A stretch of DNA of 64,000 nt, from the IMG/VR virus record IMGVR_UViG_3300043466_003414; one strand, 5' to 3'. A program made the position numbers and the translations under genes. Below the pieces are notes generated by a model that was given only the letters and a program-made list of their open reading frames with translations, was not told the origin of the DNA and did no database searches. The stretch comes from an uncultured virus (IMG/VR IMGVR_UViG_3300043466_003414) (taxonomy: Duplodnaviria; Heunggongvirae; Uroviricota; Caudoviricetes). Shown piece after piece: positions 26,935 through 36,188 of the stretch; the first letter of the stretch is position 1, and each line of letters begins with the position of its first letter.

Positions 26935-27296
26935 TATTTTCTGCTTTTAAATTCATAAATTATCACTCCTAAAACTAGTAGTGTAGCTACACCATAAATA
27001 AGATAATCTTTATTTTTGGTTTTGCTTTCTAAATTTGATATGTAATCAACAGATTTTTCTTCTGCTTCCTTTATTATTTCTTTATTTTTTTCTTCTTGAA
27101 TTTTCTCGTAATTCAATGCTTCATTCCAACTAGCATCGCCTAAACCACTACCTATTGCAACTGAACCTACTGGCAATTGAAAATTACCAGACATTAAGTT
27201 ATTTAGGTTATCCCAAATTTCTTTTTGTGTAGCACATGAAACACCTTTTGACACTCGTGCTTCATCACATTTAAAAGGTTCTATTATCGTTGACAT
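26934..27296 (-). CDS. C-terminally anchored membrane protein
   Basis: C-terminal TM followed by KSRK. Confidence 0.65.
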   Translation of the reverse strand: MSTIIEPFKCDEARVSKGVSCATQKEIWDNLNNLMSGNFQLPVGSVAIGSGLGDASWNEALNYEKIQEEKNKEIIKEAEEKSVDYISNLESKTKNKDYLIYGVATLLVLGVIIYEFKSRK

Positions 27297-27299
27297 AAT

Positions 27300-27947
27300 T
27301 TATCTTTTTATTAATTTGTAAGCCAAATATACTAAAAACAAAGCACCAACACCCAAACCTATTTTTTCGGCTGTTGTTAGTACTGAAATTTTACTGGCAA
27401 CATAAACTGCATCTTTATCTTTGTCTTGCTTAATTTCATCAAATAATAAATGGGATTTACCCTCATCATCTAATTTGTTTATAAAATTTACTTCGGCATC
27501 AACTAAATTAAAAGAGTTTCCTAATAAATTTTGATAAGATGTTCCGTAATCTTCTAATTTTCTTACATATCCTAAATTCTTTAATTTATCAAAAATCACA
27601 GCAATTCCCAAACCTCTATTTTCAACTAATGCGTTTGCTACACCTTGATTTTTAATTTTATCTCCTTGAATAGAATCCCAAAATACTTTTTTAAAAATAA
27701 CGTTATAAATAGAATCTGGCATATTTTTAAAGTTTTCACAACTTGCAACATATCCTAAAGAATCTGCATTGTTTACAAACTCATCCCAAGTTATACCATA
27801 GCTTGTATTATTTTTTTTTATACCAAAAAGACCTTTAGTGTCTGTAACGCCTAAATCACAAGGTGGCTCTAAAGCACTAAAAATGCTCCATGAAAGACCT
27901 TTGTTTTTGTTTTTAATAACAGAAACTATTTTTTTGTAATCAGCCAT
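27300..27947 (-). CDS. GH108-like protein, probably inactive, with C-terminal TM
   Basis: Clear paralog of 43852..44532 but NKGLS replaces the catalytic EGGLS. Confidence 0.7.
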   Translation of the reverse strand: MADYKKIVSVIKNKNKGLSWSIFSALEPPCDLGVTDTKGLFGIKKNNTSYGITWDEFVNNADSLGYVASCENFKNMPDSIYNVIFKKVFWDSIQGDKIKNQGVANALVENRGLGIAVIFDKLKNLGYVRKLEDYGTSYQNLLGNSFNLVDAEVNFINKLDDEGKSHLLFDEIKQDKDKDAVYVASKISVLTTAEKIGLGVGALFLVYLAYKLIKR

Positions 27948-28136
27948 TTATTTTTTCTTTTTGACTATTATTTTTAATAAAAGAATAGATAAAACACTTA
28001 CCCCTAGAATTATTCCAAAACGAATAATTTTTTTGTTGTCTTGTTCTTTATCAATTTCTTGAAATTGTTTTTCTTGCTTTTCAAGTAATTCGTTTATTCT
28101 GCCCAATGATGACGAATCGTATATTAATCCAGACAT
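27948..28136 (-). CDS. small membrane protein
   Basis: C-terminal TM followed by KKKK. Confidence 0.65.
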   Translation of the reverse strand: MSGLIYDSSSLGRINELLEKQEKQFQEIDKEQDNKKIIRFGIILGVSVLSILLLKIIVKKKK

Positions 28137-28137
28137 A

Positions 28138-28836
28138 TTATTTTTTTGTAATTATGTATAAACCAGTTAATAAAACTACCGAACCCAATCCAATATAAAG
28201 ATATTGCTCTTTATAATTCGATGGTAAAACATTTTGCTCTTGCTTTTCGGCTTGAGTACTCAATAAATAACCAGATTCATTTAGATTTTGTTTCTCTAAA
28301 GTATTTCTGCAATTTTTTTCAGCAAATTCATTTTGTTTTTTAAGTAATAATACATTGTATTTATCCCTTAAAATCTGCATGGTGTCTTTACTATATTTTG
28401 TACTTCCAGTAGGCTTTAAAAGTTCTGCTGAATATTTTGCAATTTCATCTGAAACTTGTTTTAAATCCCCATCTAAAACCGAACATTCCGAAGAACTAAA
28501 ATCTGCTATTTGCCTACATTTATTATCAAAACTTTGTTGTAATTCTAGCCTTTGTGGATTTAAAATTCGCAATTTATCGCCAAGCTCTTTCATCGTTTGT
28601 TTTTCAGAATCGGTCAAACTTTTTTTAGAATAAAGTTTTTGATATTCTGGAGATATTAGAGCTATTTCTGAATTGACTAAATTTAATTTTATTTTTAATA
28701 AATCGCAAGTACTTTCTGCTCCTTTCCCAATTAAAATTTCTTCATTGGTCAATTTCTTTTCTTTTTTAAAAAAGAAAGGATATGCAACCGCTGAAGCACC
28801 TACAACTAATAAAGAAATTCCTGCTACTTTAGACAT
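28138..28836 (-). CDS. membrane protein with Cys-bracketed helical repeats
   Basis: TM at both ends; two C...(N/K)CR units. Confidence 0.7.
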   Translation of the reverse strand: MSKVAGISLLVVGASAVAYPFFFKKEKKLTNEEILIGKGAESTCDLLKIKLNLVNSEIALISPEYQKLYSKKSLTDSEKQTMKELGDKLRILNPQRLELQQSFDNKCRQIADFSSSECSVLDGDLKQVSDEIAKYSAELLKPTGSTKYSKDTMQILRDKYNVLLLKKQNEFAEKNCRNTLEKQNLNESGYLLSTQAEKQEQNVLPSNYKEQYLYIGLGSVVLLTGLYIITKK

Positions 28837-28837
28837 A

Positions 28838-29416
28838 CTATTTTTTTCTGAAAATTAAATAACCTCCAACTAAACCAGCAATTAAAATCCAATAAGGGAA
28901 TGGTTTTTTTGCTTTTGGAGTTTCAGTTATTTGCTCGCTAGCACCAGCACTTGCACCGCCACTTGCACCACCACTTAAACTACCTAAAAAAGCACCTAGA
29001 TTTGGCAAAGAAGTTCCAGTAGTACCGCTTGTAGTTCCAGATAGAGGATTAGTTGGCGTAATTATTTCTGGTTCAGCAATAATACTTGAACCTAAACCTC
29101 CTTGACAAGTTTTCAAAAATTCCTCTTTAGCTTTTATCATAGCTTCTTCAGAAGCAAACCTAGAAACCATTGCTATTTGTTGCCATTTTTTTTCACACTC
29201 CTCACTTCCAATAGGCATTAATCCTAAAGGTGGATATTTACGAGGTGGAATTTTATCTGGGTCTATGCCTAATGGCGGTGGGGTAATTTCAGACAACAAT
29301 GGGTCGGTTTTAATTTGATTAATTTCTTTTTGTGGTTTTGGTAAAACACTATCTATTAGTATTTGCTCTGGATGATATTCAAGGCTATCACTCGTTACAT
29401 TTTTATAATAATTCAT
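28838..29416 (-). CDS. C-terminally anchored membrane protein
   Basis: ECEKKW...FLKTC module; KPFPYW-TM-RKK end. Confidence 0.7.
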   Translation of the reverse strand: MNYYKNVTSDSLEYHPEQILIDSVLPKPQKEINQIKTDPLLSEITPPPLGIDPDKIPPRKYPPLGLMPIGSEECEKKWQQIAMVSRFASEEAMIKAKEEFLKTCQGGLGSSIIAEPEIITPTNPLSGTTSGTTGTSLPNLGAFLGSLSGGASGGASAGASEQITETPKAKKPFPYWILIAGLVGGYLIFRKK

Positions 29417-29428
29417 AACTAATTAATT

Positions 29429-29956
29429 TTATTGTTCTAAAACAAAGCCTGCTGGCTCTACTACTTTTCTAATTTTTGTTTTTAAAGCACCATCGCCTAC
29501 TCCTAATTCATAATTTAACCATGAAATTAAGTCAAGGTTTTCACTATTCCATAAATAAGTAAGTGGAGATGGAGTACCTCCAGTTAAGGCTGAATAACTT
29601 CTTTTACCAAAAGCATTATAAACTTTTTTAAAGTCCTCTGGGTTTAATTTTGAAAAAACACTTTCTATAACACCTTTGTCTGTTCCAAAAGTATAATTAA
29701 ATGCTTGTAATAAATTTTCGGCATAGTTTTTAGCTTGAGCATCAGTAATAGTGGTTTTAGTTTCATCTACATCTTGTTCGATAAATTTACTACCTACAAT
29801 AGATTCTCCAGCAATTCCACCTTTTAATCTTTTTACAACAGCATAACCTATTACTACAACAGCAATAGCACCACCTACATAAAGTAAAGGTTTTTTATTG
29901 TTTGCTATAAAATCCCCAGTTTTACCTAAAGATTTACTTAATTGAAATTTTTCCAT
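29429..29956 (-). CDS. membrane-anchored protein with an annexin-repeat-like segment
   Basis: N-terminal TM; AENLLQAFNYTFGTDKGVIESVF...KVYNAFG. Confidence 0.55.
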   Translation of the reverse strand: MEKFQLSKSLGKTGDFIANNKKPLLYVGGAIAVVVIGYAVVKRLKGGIAGESIVGSKFIEQDVDETKTTITDAQAKNYAENLLQAFNYTFGTDKGVIESVFSKLNPEDFKKVYNAFGKRSYSALTGGTPSPLTYLWNSENLDLISWLNYELGVGDGALKTKIRKVVEPAGFVLEQ

Positions 29957-29963
29957 TTTAATA

Positions 29964-30239
29964 TTATTTTATTGCTTTACCGCCTTTTGTATTGTAATTT
30001 TTAAGCTTATAGGTAAAAGTGCTTTTGCTATTTTTAACTGCATTTGCCCACTCGTTTAAATAACCTTCCTCGAATGTACTCAAAATATTATTTGCGTTTT
30101 GGGTCATATTTGCCCCTACAATAATGTCAATGTTTTCTTGTTTGGTTCTAACTGGTTTCTTTAGTAAGTTTTTATAAATAAAATACCCACCAACACCTAA
30201 TATTGCAACCGAAATCCAAATGTAAGTTTTATTTTTCAT
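29964..30239 (-). CDS. small membrane protein
   Basis: N-terminal TM. Confidence 0.65.
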   Translation of the reverse strand: MKNKTYIWISVAILGVGGYFIYKNLLKKPVRTKQENIDIIVGANMTQNANNILSTFEEGYLNEWANAVKNSKSTFTYKLKNYNTKGGKAIK

Positions 30240-30243
30240 GTTT

Positions 30244-30771
30244 TTAAATTTTAACTAAAAAAGAACCACCAGAACCTTCTTTATATTCGTAACCTAATTT
30301 TAATAAATCATTTTTTAATTTTTCAATTTTAGCTGGATATGGATTTGTTGGTTTTACCCCAATTAATCCGCCAGAACTTCTAAAAGCATTTGATGGTTTC
30401 CACATTGATATTGAAATTTGTCTTTTTCTACTCAATTCCATGTTCTTTTTTATACTATCCATAATAGCGTCTAATTCCATTTGATTTTGAATAGTTGGAG
30501 CTGTATTTGATGGTGTTGTTATTACAGAAGTTGTAACCCCATCTACTGTTGTAGGCGTTATTGTACTCCCTTTAGGCAAAGGTGTTATCCCACCATCATT
30601 AGCACTACTTGTAGTACCAGCTGGAGTAGTTCCATTAGGAGCAATACTGCTTGGCTGTGTAGCCGAAGCACCACCTAATATTGCTTCTTGTTTTTTCTTG
30701 TTTTTTAGGTATAAGTAAGCTAAACCACCTACTACTGCTAAACCCCCACCTATTAATAATACTTTTTTCAT
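30244..30771 (-). CDS. membrane protein with Thr/Pro-rich linker
   Basis: MKK-TM-KNKKK. Confidence 0.7.
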   Translation of the reverse strand: MKKVLLIGGGLAVVGGLAYLYLKNKKKQEAILGGASATQPSSIAPNGTTPAGTTSSANDGGITPLPKGSTITPTTVDGVTTSVITTPSNTAPTIQNQMELDAIMDSIKKNMELSRKRQISISMWKPSNAFRSSGGLIGVKPTNPYPAKIEKLKNDLLKLGYEYKEGSGGSFLVKI

Positions 30772-30772
30772 T

Positions 30773-31141
30773 TTATTCCTTATTTGAAATTAATATAATA
30801 CTCGTTGCTACCAAAAGAATACCAATACCAATATAAATTCTTTTTTTAACTTCAGATTTACTTTCGGCTTCAATTCTAATTTTATCAATTTCTTGATACT
30901 TTGTAGCTATTTGGTTGACTTGTTCTAGCTTCTTATCTCCTATTACAATTTGACAATTTTTTTTGGCAAAAAAATCATTTAATTCTTTAAGTCTTGCATC
31001 TAAAACACTAATCTCTTTACTATTCAATGATAAAGCATAATAAGATTTTTCATTAATGACTTTGTCTATTGTTTTTTGCAATTGAACACAATCATCTGAA
31101 TAAGGAAAAGCCAATCTAATATCTTGAATACTTCTAGCCAT
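30773..31141 (-). CDS. C-terminally anchored protein with a Cys-bracketed helical hairpin
   Basis: DCVQL...KKNC...IYIGIG TM. Confidence 0.65.
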   Translation of the reverse strand: MARSIQDIRLAFPYSDDCVQLQKTIDKVINEKSYYALSLNSKEISVLDARLKELNDFFAKKNCQIVIGDKKLEQVNQIATKYQEIDKIRIEAESKSEVKKRIYIGIGILLVATSIILISNKE

Positions 31142-31150
31142 AAATAATAA

Positions 31151-31585
31151 TTATTTTACAAATTTTGTAAAAAACTCTAAAGATACTTGACCATAAACAA
31201 AACTAGTTCCAAAAGCATTATTAGATATATAATCAGCAATAGCTTTTTGATTTGGATATTCTTGCATATTTCTTACAGCACTTTCCGTTTTAGCACCAAA
31301 AATACCATCTGGAGTTAAATTTGGTTGTGCATATCCATTCTTATTTAACCAATTTTGTAATGTAATTACATTACTACCTTTTGAACCATTTTTCAATGGA
31401 TAAGAAGCTACTGGCAACACAGCACTAACAATAGTGCTTGTAGCACCCTTTACATCTTGTTTAACACTTTCTGGATAAGTCAAAGTTTCGCCTTTTTTAG
31501 TTTTTGAAATAAATCTATAAACTAAATAAGCACCAACTCCAATTACTGCAAAAGCACCTAAAAAAAGTTTTTTATTTTTTGTCAT
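31151..31585 (-). CDS. membrane-anchored peptidoglycan-binding (PG_binding_1) protein
   Basis: LKNGSKGSNVITLQNWL...DGIFGAKTESAV. Confidence 0.85.
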   Translation of the reverse strand: MTKNKKLFLGAFAVIGVGAYLVYRFISKTKKGETLTYPESVKQDVKGATSTIVSAVLPVASYPLKNGSKGSNVITLQNWLNKNGYAQPNLTPDGIFGAKTESAVRNMQEYPNQKAIADYISNNAFGTSFVYGQVSLEFFTKFVK

Positions 31586-31904
31586 TTTTAAAATCTTTTA
31601 AAGTTATTTGCTTAACTCCTTTGGCTTGAAATAAAGCCTTTTCAGTCATTATTCCGAAGTCGCCATCAATTCCATCGCCATCAGCACCAAAAGTTCCTAA
31701 ATCGTAACCCATTTCATCTTTTAAAATGCGTTGCAATTCAACTACTTCTGCACCTTTTGAGCCTTTTGATAAAAGCAAGTTTTCGTCAAGCAAACTTAAT
31801 TGCCCTGCACTTGGCTTTCTTAATCTCTGAAATATTCTACCAACTAGGAATAATCCTGCTAATACTCCAATTCCAATAAATATGTTTTTTGTTGTTTTGT
31901 TCAT
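31572..31904 (-). CDS. membrane-anchored peptidoglycan-binding (PG_binding_1) protein
   Basis: LSKGSKGAEVVELQRIL...DGDFGIMTEKAL. Confidence 0.85.
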   Translation of the reverse strand: MNKTTKNIFIGIGVLAGLFLVGRIFQRLRKPSAGQLSLLDENLLLSKGSKGAEVVELQRILKDEMGYDLGTFGADGDGIDGDFGIMTEKALFQAKGVKQITLKDFKNDKK

Positions 31905-31906
31905 CG

Positions 31907-32644
31907 TTATTTTGGTTGTTTTAAAAATTCATTATAAGCATCTGAAAATTCACGAACTGAAATTTTTGTTGGCATTACTCCACTCATCCCAGTTGTAGAA
32001 TAAGGTTGTTTATAAACATCTGGAACACTAAACGAAGAAGCAAATCCAGTTAAAGTTTTATCAATATTTTTATAATATCTTGTATTAAAACCTTTAGACT
32101 TTACTATAAACTCATTAGGTATTTTACTTAATATTGACCAATCAAGTTCAACTATTGGCATGGCTAAACCACTAATTTTTGGCATTGGCGTTGGCTCAAT
32201 AGCGACTTTTTGTTTTGGCTCTTGTTTTGGCATATTTTTTCTATCATACTCGATACTTAATTGATAAGCCAATAATGGTGCTAAACCACCAACAACCATT
32301 CCTAATGTGGTAGATTTACCCATGTTTTTAGCAACATATCTACCTACAACTGCACCCAAAATAATATAAGCACCTAACCTCATTGGTCTTTCAAAACTCC
32401 AACCCCCTTGTTTACCAAAAACCTTATCGGTTATACCACTATAACTCATTTGCGACATTTCTTGCATTAAAGCTTGTTGTTGTGCTAATTTGTTTTGTGC
32501 GTCTAAAAATGCTTGTCCTCCTTCTATTGGGTTAATTGGTTTTTGTAGATTTGTATTTAAGGTGTTTTTACCTCTATCATCAACATAACCTTGCATCATT
32601 TGTTCAAAAGAATATCCCATAACTATATTTTTTTTATTTAACAA
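31907..32644 (-). CDS. membrane protein
   Basis: Two central Gly-rich TM helices. Confidence 0.6.
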   Translation of the reverse strand: MLNKKNIVMGYSFEQMMQGYVDDRGKNTLNTNLQKPINPIEGGQAFLDAQNKLAQQQALMQEMSQMSYSGITDKVFGKQGGWSFERPMRLGAYIILGAVVGRYVAKNMGKSTTLGMVVGGLAPLLAYQLSIEYDRKNMPKQEPKQKVAIEPTPMPKISGLAMPIVELDWSILSKIPNEFIVKSKGFNTRYYKNIDKTLTGFASSFSVPDVYKQPYSTTGMSGVMPTKISVREFSDAYNEFLKQPK

Positions 32645-32912
32645 CTTTTTCTCCAGATGTAGTCATTTTTCCCTCTGCTATTAACTTGTTTTTTTCTGCC
32701 AAAGATTTTTCATAAAATGCTTTAGCTTCTGCTTCTCTATTTTTTTTTGCTTCTGATTTTGTAAATTGAAAACCAATAACAACTCCTAATACACAACCGA
32801 TTGCTACGCCTACACCTTTTGATATTTTTAAATTTTTATGCAATAAAAAACCAGATATTCCACCTATTCCTAAACCAACTATTGTGCTTTTGTGTCCTTC
32901 TATTTCAAACAT
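32634..32912 (-). CDS. glycine-zipper membrane protein
   Basis: GLGIGGISG and GVAIGCVLG helices. Confidence 0.6.
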   Translation of the reverse strand: MFEIEGHKSTIVGLGIGGISGFLLHKNLKISKGVGVAIGCVLGVVIGFQFTKSEAKKNREAEAKAFYEKSLAEKNKLIAEGKMTTSGEKVVK

Positions 32913-32923
32913 AACTTTATTTT

Positions 32924-33712
32924 TTATCTTAATACCATGTTTTTTTTCTCAAAGTCCATTACGAACTTTTCTATAACTTTCATCCTATTTAAGTTTTGTT
33001 GGCTGTCGCTTTCCTTGAATACCTCATAAAAAGCTTGCAACCCTTCAATTCTAGGGTAGCCTAATCCTAAATAGATTAACAATCCGTTTATATCGGCTTC
33101 ACTTTCATTATCAATATCATCATTAACGTAAAAGTGGCTAAACTCATGACATAGTATAGCAAAACGCATAGGAACTGTATATTTGTCAAAATATTTTTTT
33201 GCAACTTGTATTCTACCAGTTACCCTTGAAATTCTAGCTGGAGTAGTTAACTCTTTGCCAGTATTAGAGCTTTTAATGACTGGTAAATACTCAATAAGAA
33301 ATTGACCATTGTCCGACTGATAAGTCTTATTAGCCGATAAATAAGGAGCATTATAACTAAACCTTTGAGCAAAATCGACAAAGTTAGCAACCACCATGTT
33401 TTTAATATCAACAACATCTAATCTTTTTTCTAATGGGGTTTTATTAACCTCTAATATTTTAATGTTTTTTTCTTGAGCCTTTGGTACGTTACCTACATTT
33501 TTATCGTAAACCGATATGATTACATTCTCTGAAGTTATAGGCAATCTTACATAAAATGTTTGTTGCCCCCTTACAGTTGCCCATCTATCCGTAAATATAA
33601 TGTTTGGCTTATCTTCAGAAGCTACTTTAACAACCACTTCGCATGGTTGAGCAACAGCTACCTTAATAACCAAACACATTTCATCGTATCGAGTATTTAA
33701 TCTGTAATTCAT
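32924..33712 (-). CDS. zincin (HExxH) metallopeptidase
   Basis: AILCHEFSHFY followed by ESEAD. Confidence 0.75.
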   Translation of the reverse strand: MNYRLNTRYDEMCLVIKVAVAQPCEVVVKVASEDKPNIIFTDRWATVRGQQTFYVRLPITSENVIISVYDKNVGNVPKAQEKNIKILEVNKTPLEKRLDVVDIKNMVVANFVDFAQRFSYNAPYLSANKTYQSDNGQFLIEYLPVIKSSNTGKELTTPARISRVTGRIQVAKKYFDKYTVPMRFAILCHEFSHFYVNDDIDNESEADINGLLIYLGLGYPRIEGLQAFYEVFKESDSQQNLNRMKVIEKFVMDFEKKNMVLR

Positions 33713-34026
33713 TATTTTTTCTGTTTTTGATAAATTTTAAAAGCAACCGCACCTAAAATTAAAGTTACGGAAATTATTATTACAGCTTTGTTCAAACCTT
33801 TAGTAACATCTTTTGGATTAGATTTATTCTTTAAAGTTTCTTGTATCAATTTTTGGCTATCACTCAAACTATCGTCTGAATCTATTGAATTAAATTCGGT
33901 TAATTGTTTGTTAGGCAAAAATCTTCCTTTGTCCTTTTCTCTTTGCAACCAATTTTTAAAACTTAACGTGCTACCGCTTTCTTTCCAGATTTGATTAGCA
34001 CTCTTTCCTAAATCTATATTTTCCAT
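33712..34026 (-). CDS. C-terminally anchored membrane protein
   Basis: TM followed by QKQKK. Confidence 0.65.
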   Translation of the reverse strand: MENIDLGKSANQIWKESGSTLSFKNWLQREKDKGRFLPNKQLTEFNSIDSDDSLSDSQKLIQETLKNKSNPKDVTKGLNKAVIIISVTLILGAVAFKIYQKQKK

Positions 34027-34032
34027 TTTTTA

Positions 34033-34164
34033 TTACTTTTTTGTTTCTTGTTCCATTTCTTTAATCACTTCTTGTCTTGGTTTGTAAAAACCTAAATATA
34101 GGTAAACTAGTCCACCTATACTTAAACTTGTCAAAACAATACCAACAATTGATTTTTTTTTCAT
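34033..34164 (-). CDS. 43-aa membrane microprotein (not in the ORF track)
   Basis: MKKKSIVGIVLTSLSIGGLVYLYLGFYKPRQEVIKEMEQETKK, translated by hand. Confidence 0.7.
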   Translation of the reverse strand: MKKKSIVGIVLTSLSIGGLVYLYLGFYKPRQEVIKEMEQETKK

Positions 34165-34166
34165 AA

Positions 34167-34328
34167 TTAAGCTTTTTGTGATTTTTTCCATGCTCTACCT
34201 ACAACCCAAACAGTTGCGAATAAAACCGCTACGCTTACACCAATTCCAACTACTTTTTTCAAATAGTCGTCTTTTTTTTCTCCAGCGAAACCTCCGCTAG
34301 TTGGATTTACATTATTTGCTACTTCCAT
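34167..34328 (-). CDS. 53-aa membrane microprotein (not in the ORF track)
   Basis: MEVANNVNPTSGGFAGEKKDDYLKKVVGIGVSVAVLFATVWVVGRAWKKSQKA. Confidence 0.75.
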   Translation of the reverse strand: MEVANNVNPTSGGFAGEKKDDYLKKVVGIGVSVAVLFATVWVVGRAWKKSQKA

Positions 34329-34340
34329 AATTTTTAATTT

Positions 34341-34616
34341 TTATCTTAACGTTAATGTTCTTTTTGATGCAAAACAACTATCATTTCCAGCACACAATCC
34401 ACCTTGAGCAAAATAAGTGCTACCACTTTGTTTTTGACAAACTCTACAATTACCACCTCCAGCAACGCTTGAGAAGGTTTCACTTGTTGGCGTTCCTTGT
34501 GGTTTTACTGCACTAGGGCAATTACAAGCTGTCTTTTTTTTGTTTTTATCCCAAAAATAAACTCCTGCAATAGCACCAACTACTAATAATCCGTATATGA
34601 ATTTTTGATTTTTCAT
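34341..34616 (-). CDS. Cys-rich membrane protein
   Basis: N-terminal TM; 6 Cys. Confidence 0.65.
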   Translation of the reverse strand: MKNQKFIYGLLVVGAIAGVYFWDKNKKKTACNCPSAVKPQGTPTSETFSSVAGGGNCRVCQKQSGSTYFAQGGLCAGNDSCFASKRTLTLR

Positions 34617-34617
34617 A

Positions 34618-34728
34618 TTATTCTTGAGATTTTTTCCATCCTTTACCTACAACATAGGCATATCCGTAAACTACGGCTAAAGATAAAACTAATCCTACAA
34701 CTCCCATAACTAAATTTGGTTTTTTCAT
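34618..34728 (-). CDS. 36-aa membrane microprotein (not in the ORF track)
   Basis: MKKPNLVMGVVGLVLSLAVVYGYAYVVGKGWKKSQE; paralog of 34167..34328. Confidence 0.75.
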   Translation of the reverse strand: MKKPNLVMGVVGLVLSLAVVYGYAYVVGKGWKKSQE

Positions 34729-34740
34729 TTTTTTTAATTT

Positions 34741-34789
34741 TAAGGTTATAAACTGATTTTTTTTTATTTTTTTAAGGTTATAGACTGAT
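34741..34789. repeat. 17-bp intergenic direct repeat
   Basis: TAAGGTTATAAACTGAT at 34741-34757 and TAAGGTTATAGACTGAT at 34773-34789. Confidence 0.6.
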
Positions 34790-34790
34790 A

Positions 34791-35429
34791 TTATTTTTTA
34801 AACAATCTATAAACTATATATCCACCACCCAATAACAAAGCAATGTTTATTAAATTTTTGTTGTCTTTTGGTATTGAATCTGAAGAAACTGATTTGTCTA
34901 ATAATTCGTATTCTCCTTTTGATAATTGAGGCAATTTCATCATACCATCAGTTGAAGTAAAAATATTTGTAATAGGATTAATATAACCTTTTACAATTTG
35001 TCCTTTTTTTACTTTTCTACATGGATTGTATTCCATTGTTTGAATCAAAGAGCCATCAGTTTTACATTTACCCATTTCTTTATCAATTAAAGACTTTACA
35101 GTTACATATTCTATTTTTTTTAATTTACCATCTTTTAATGCTTTTTCATATTGTTCTTTATGAATAGTTTGTGGTAAAAAAATAATAGAGTTTTTTGTAA
35201 TAGGCAATTTTTGAATACCAGAATTACCCATTTTATTTTCCCATTTATTTTCAATAATAAATTCTTCTAAAACCAAATATGGGAATTTTTCTTCTTCTTT
35301 AAGGTTTTCTTGAATTTGTAACAATGGTATTTGTTTAATTGGCTGAATTTTAGCTGGCAAATTATTAAACTTATCAAAAAGAGATGTAGATTCTGTTTTT
35401 GTTATATATGGCTCTACTATATTACTCAT
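34791..35429 (-). CDS. C-terminally anchored membrane protein
   Basis: TM followed by RLFKK. Confidence 0.65.
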   Translation of the reverse strand: MSNIVEPYITKTESTSLFDKFNNLPAKIQPIKQIPLLQIQENLKEEEKFPYLVLEEFIIENKWENKMGNSGIQKLPITKNSIIFLPQTIHKEQYEKALKDGKLKKIEYVTVKSLIDKEMGKCKTDGSLIQTMEYNPCRKVKKGQIVKGYINPITNIFTSTDGMMKLPQLSKGEYELLDKSVSSDSIPKDNKNLINIALLLGGGYIVYRLFKK

Positions 35430-35435
35430 AACTAA

Positions 35436-35651
35436 TTATTTTTTATTAACAATCATAGCGGTTGCAACACCACCTACAATAGCACCAGTAAGACCCGATG
35501 CGTAAATATTATATTTCTTATAGTAACCTACCATAAGACCAATAACAAGACCAGTAATAGCACCATTTATAGATGCTTTTGAAGTGTGCATAAACAACTC
35601 TCGTTTGTCTTTGTCCACTATGTTTTTCGCTTCTTCTAAATAATTTTGCAT
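35436..35651 (-). CDS. glycine-zipper membrane protein
   Basis: GAITGLVIG and GAIVGG helices. Confidence 0.65.
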   Translation of the reverse strand: MQNYLEEAKNIVDKDKRELFMHTSKASINGAITGLVIGLMVGYYKKYNIYASGLTGAIVGGVATAMIVNKK

Positions 35652-35655
35652 ATTA

Positions 35656-35973
35656 CTATTTTTTTACAGCCAAATAAACGACTAATCCTAAAATTACAGC
35701 ACCACCAATTCCCAAACCAACATAAAGACCAGTATTGCTTTTTGCTCCGCCACTTCCTCCACTTTGTTGTGCTTGTAATTGTAATTGTGCGGTTTGATAA
35801 GCTAATTCTTGTGCTTTAACTTGAGCATCTGCAATTGCTTTGGCATCATTCGCCTGCCCTTTTGCTTTTTGTTTTTCTTGATTAGATAAAATAAGTCCAC
35901 CACCTAATCCTAAAAGACTTTCAAGAGTTTTACTCCCTGCACTACTTTTAATAAAATCTCCAAATGCACTCAT
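35656..35973 (-). CDS. C-terminally anchored membrane protein
   Basis: SNTGLYVGLGIGG...VKK. Confidence 0.7.
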   Translation of the reverse strand: MSAFGDFIKSSAGSKTLESLLGLGGGLILSNQEKQKAKGQANDAKAIADAQVKAQELAYQTAQLQLQAQQSGGSGGAKSNTGLYVGLGIGGAVILGLVVYLAVKK

Positions 35974-35976
35974 ATT

Positions 35977-36186
35977 TTATCTATTACGTTCTACAAAATC
36001 GCTAAATTCTTTTAAGAATGTTGGCGAACTAACTAATCCATCAATGGTAGCATTTACTAATTGTTCCGAATTATAATTTTCGGCATCAATAGTTACTCCA
36101 TTTTTATTAAGCATTTCAGCAACTTGTTTTGGGAAAAAAGCTACTGTTACACCTACAATTTCTGAAGTTGCTTTTACTACATCCAT
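35977..36186 (-). CDS. hypothetical protein resembling the N-terminus of 36189..36779
   Basis: MLNKNGVTI vs LLRRNGVLV. Confidence 0.6.
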   Translation of the reverse strand: MDVVKATSEIVGVTVAFFPKQVAEMLNKNGVTIDAENYNSEQLVNATIDGLVSSPTFLKEFSDFVERNR

Positions 36187-36188
36187 GA

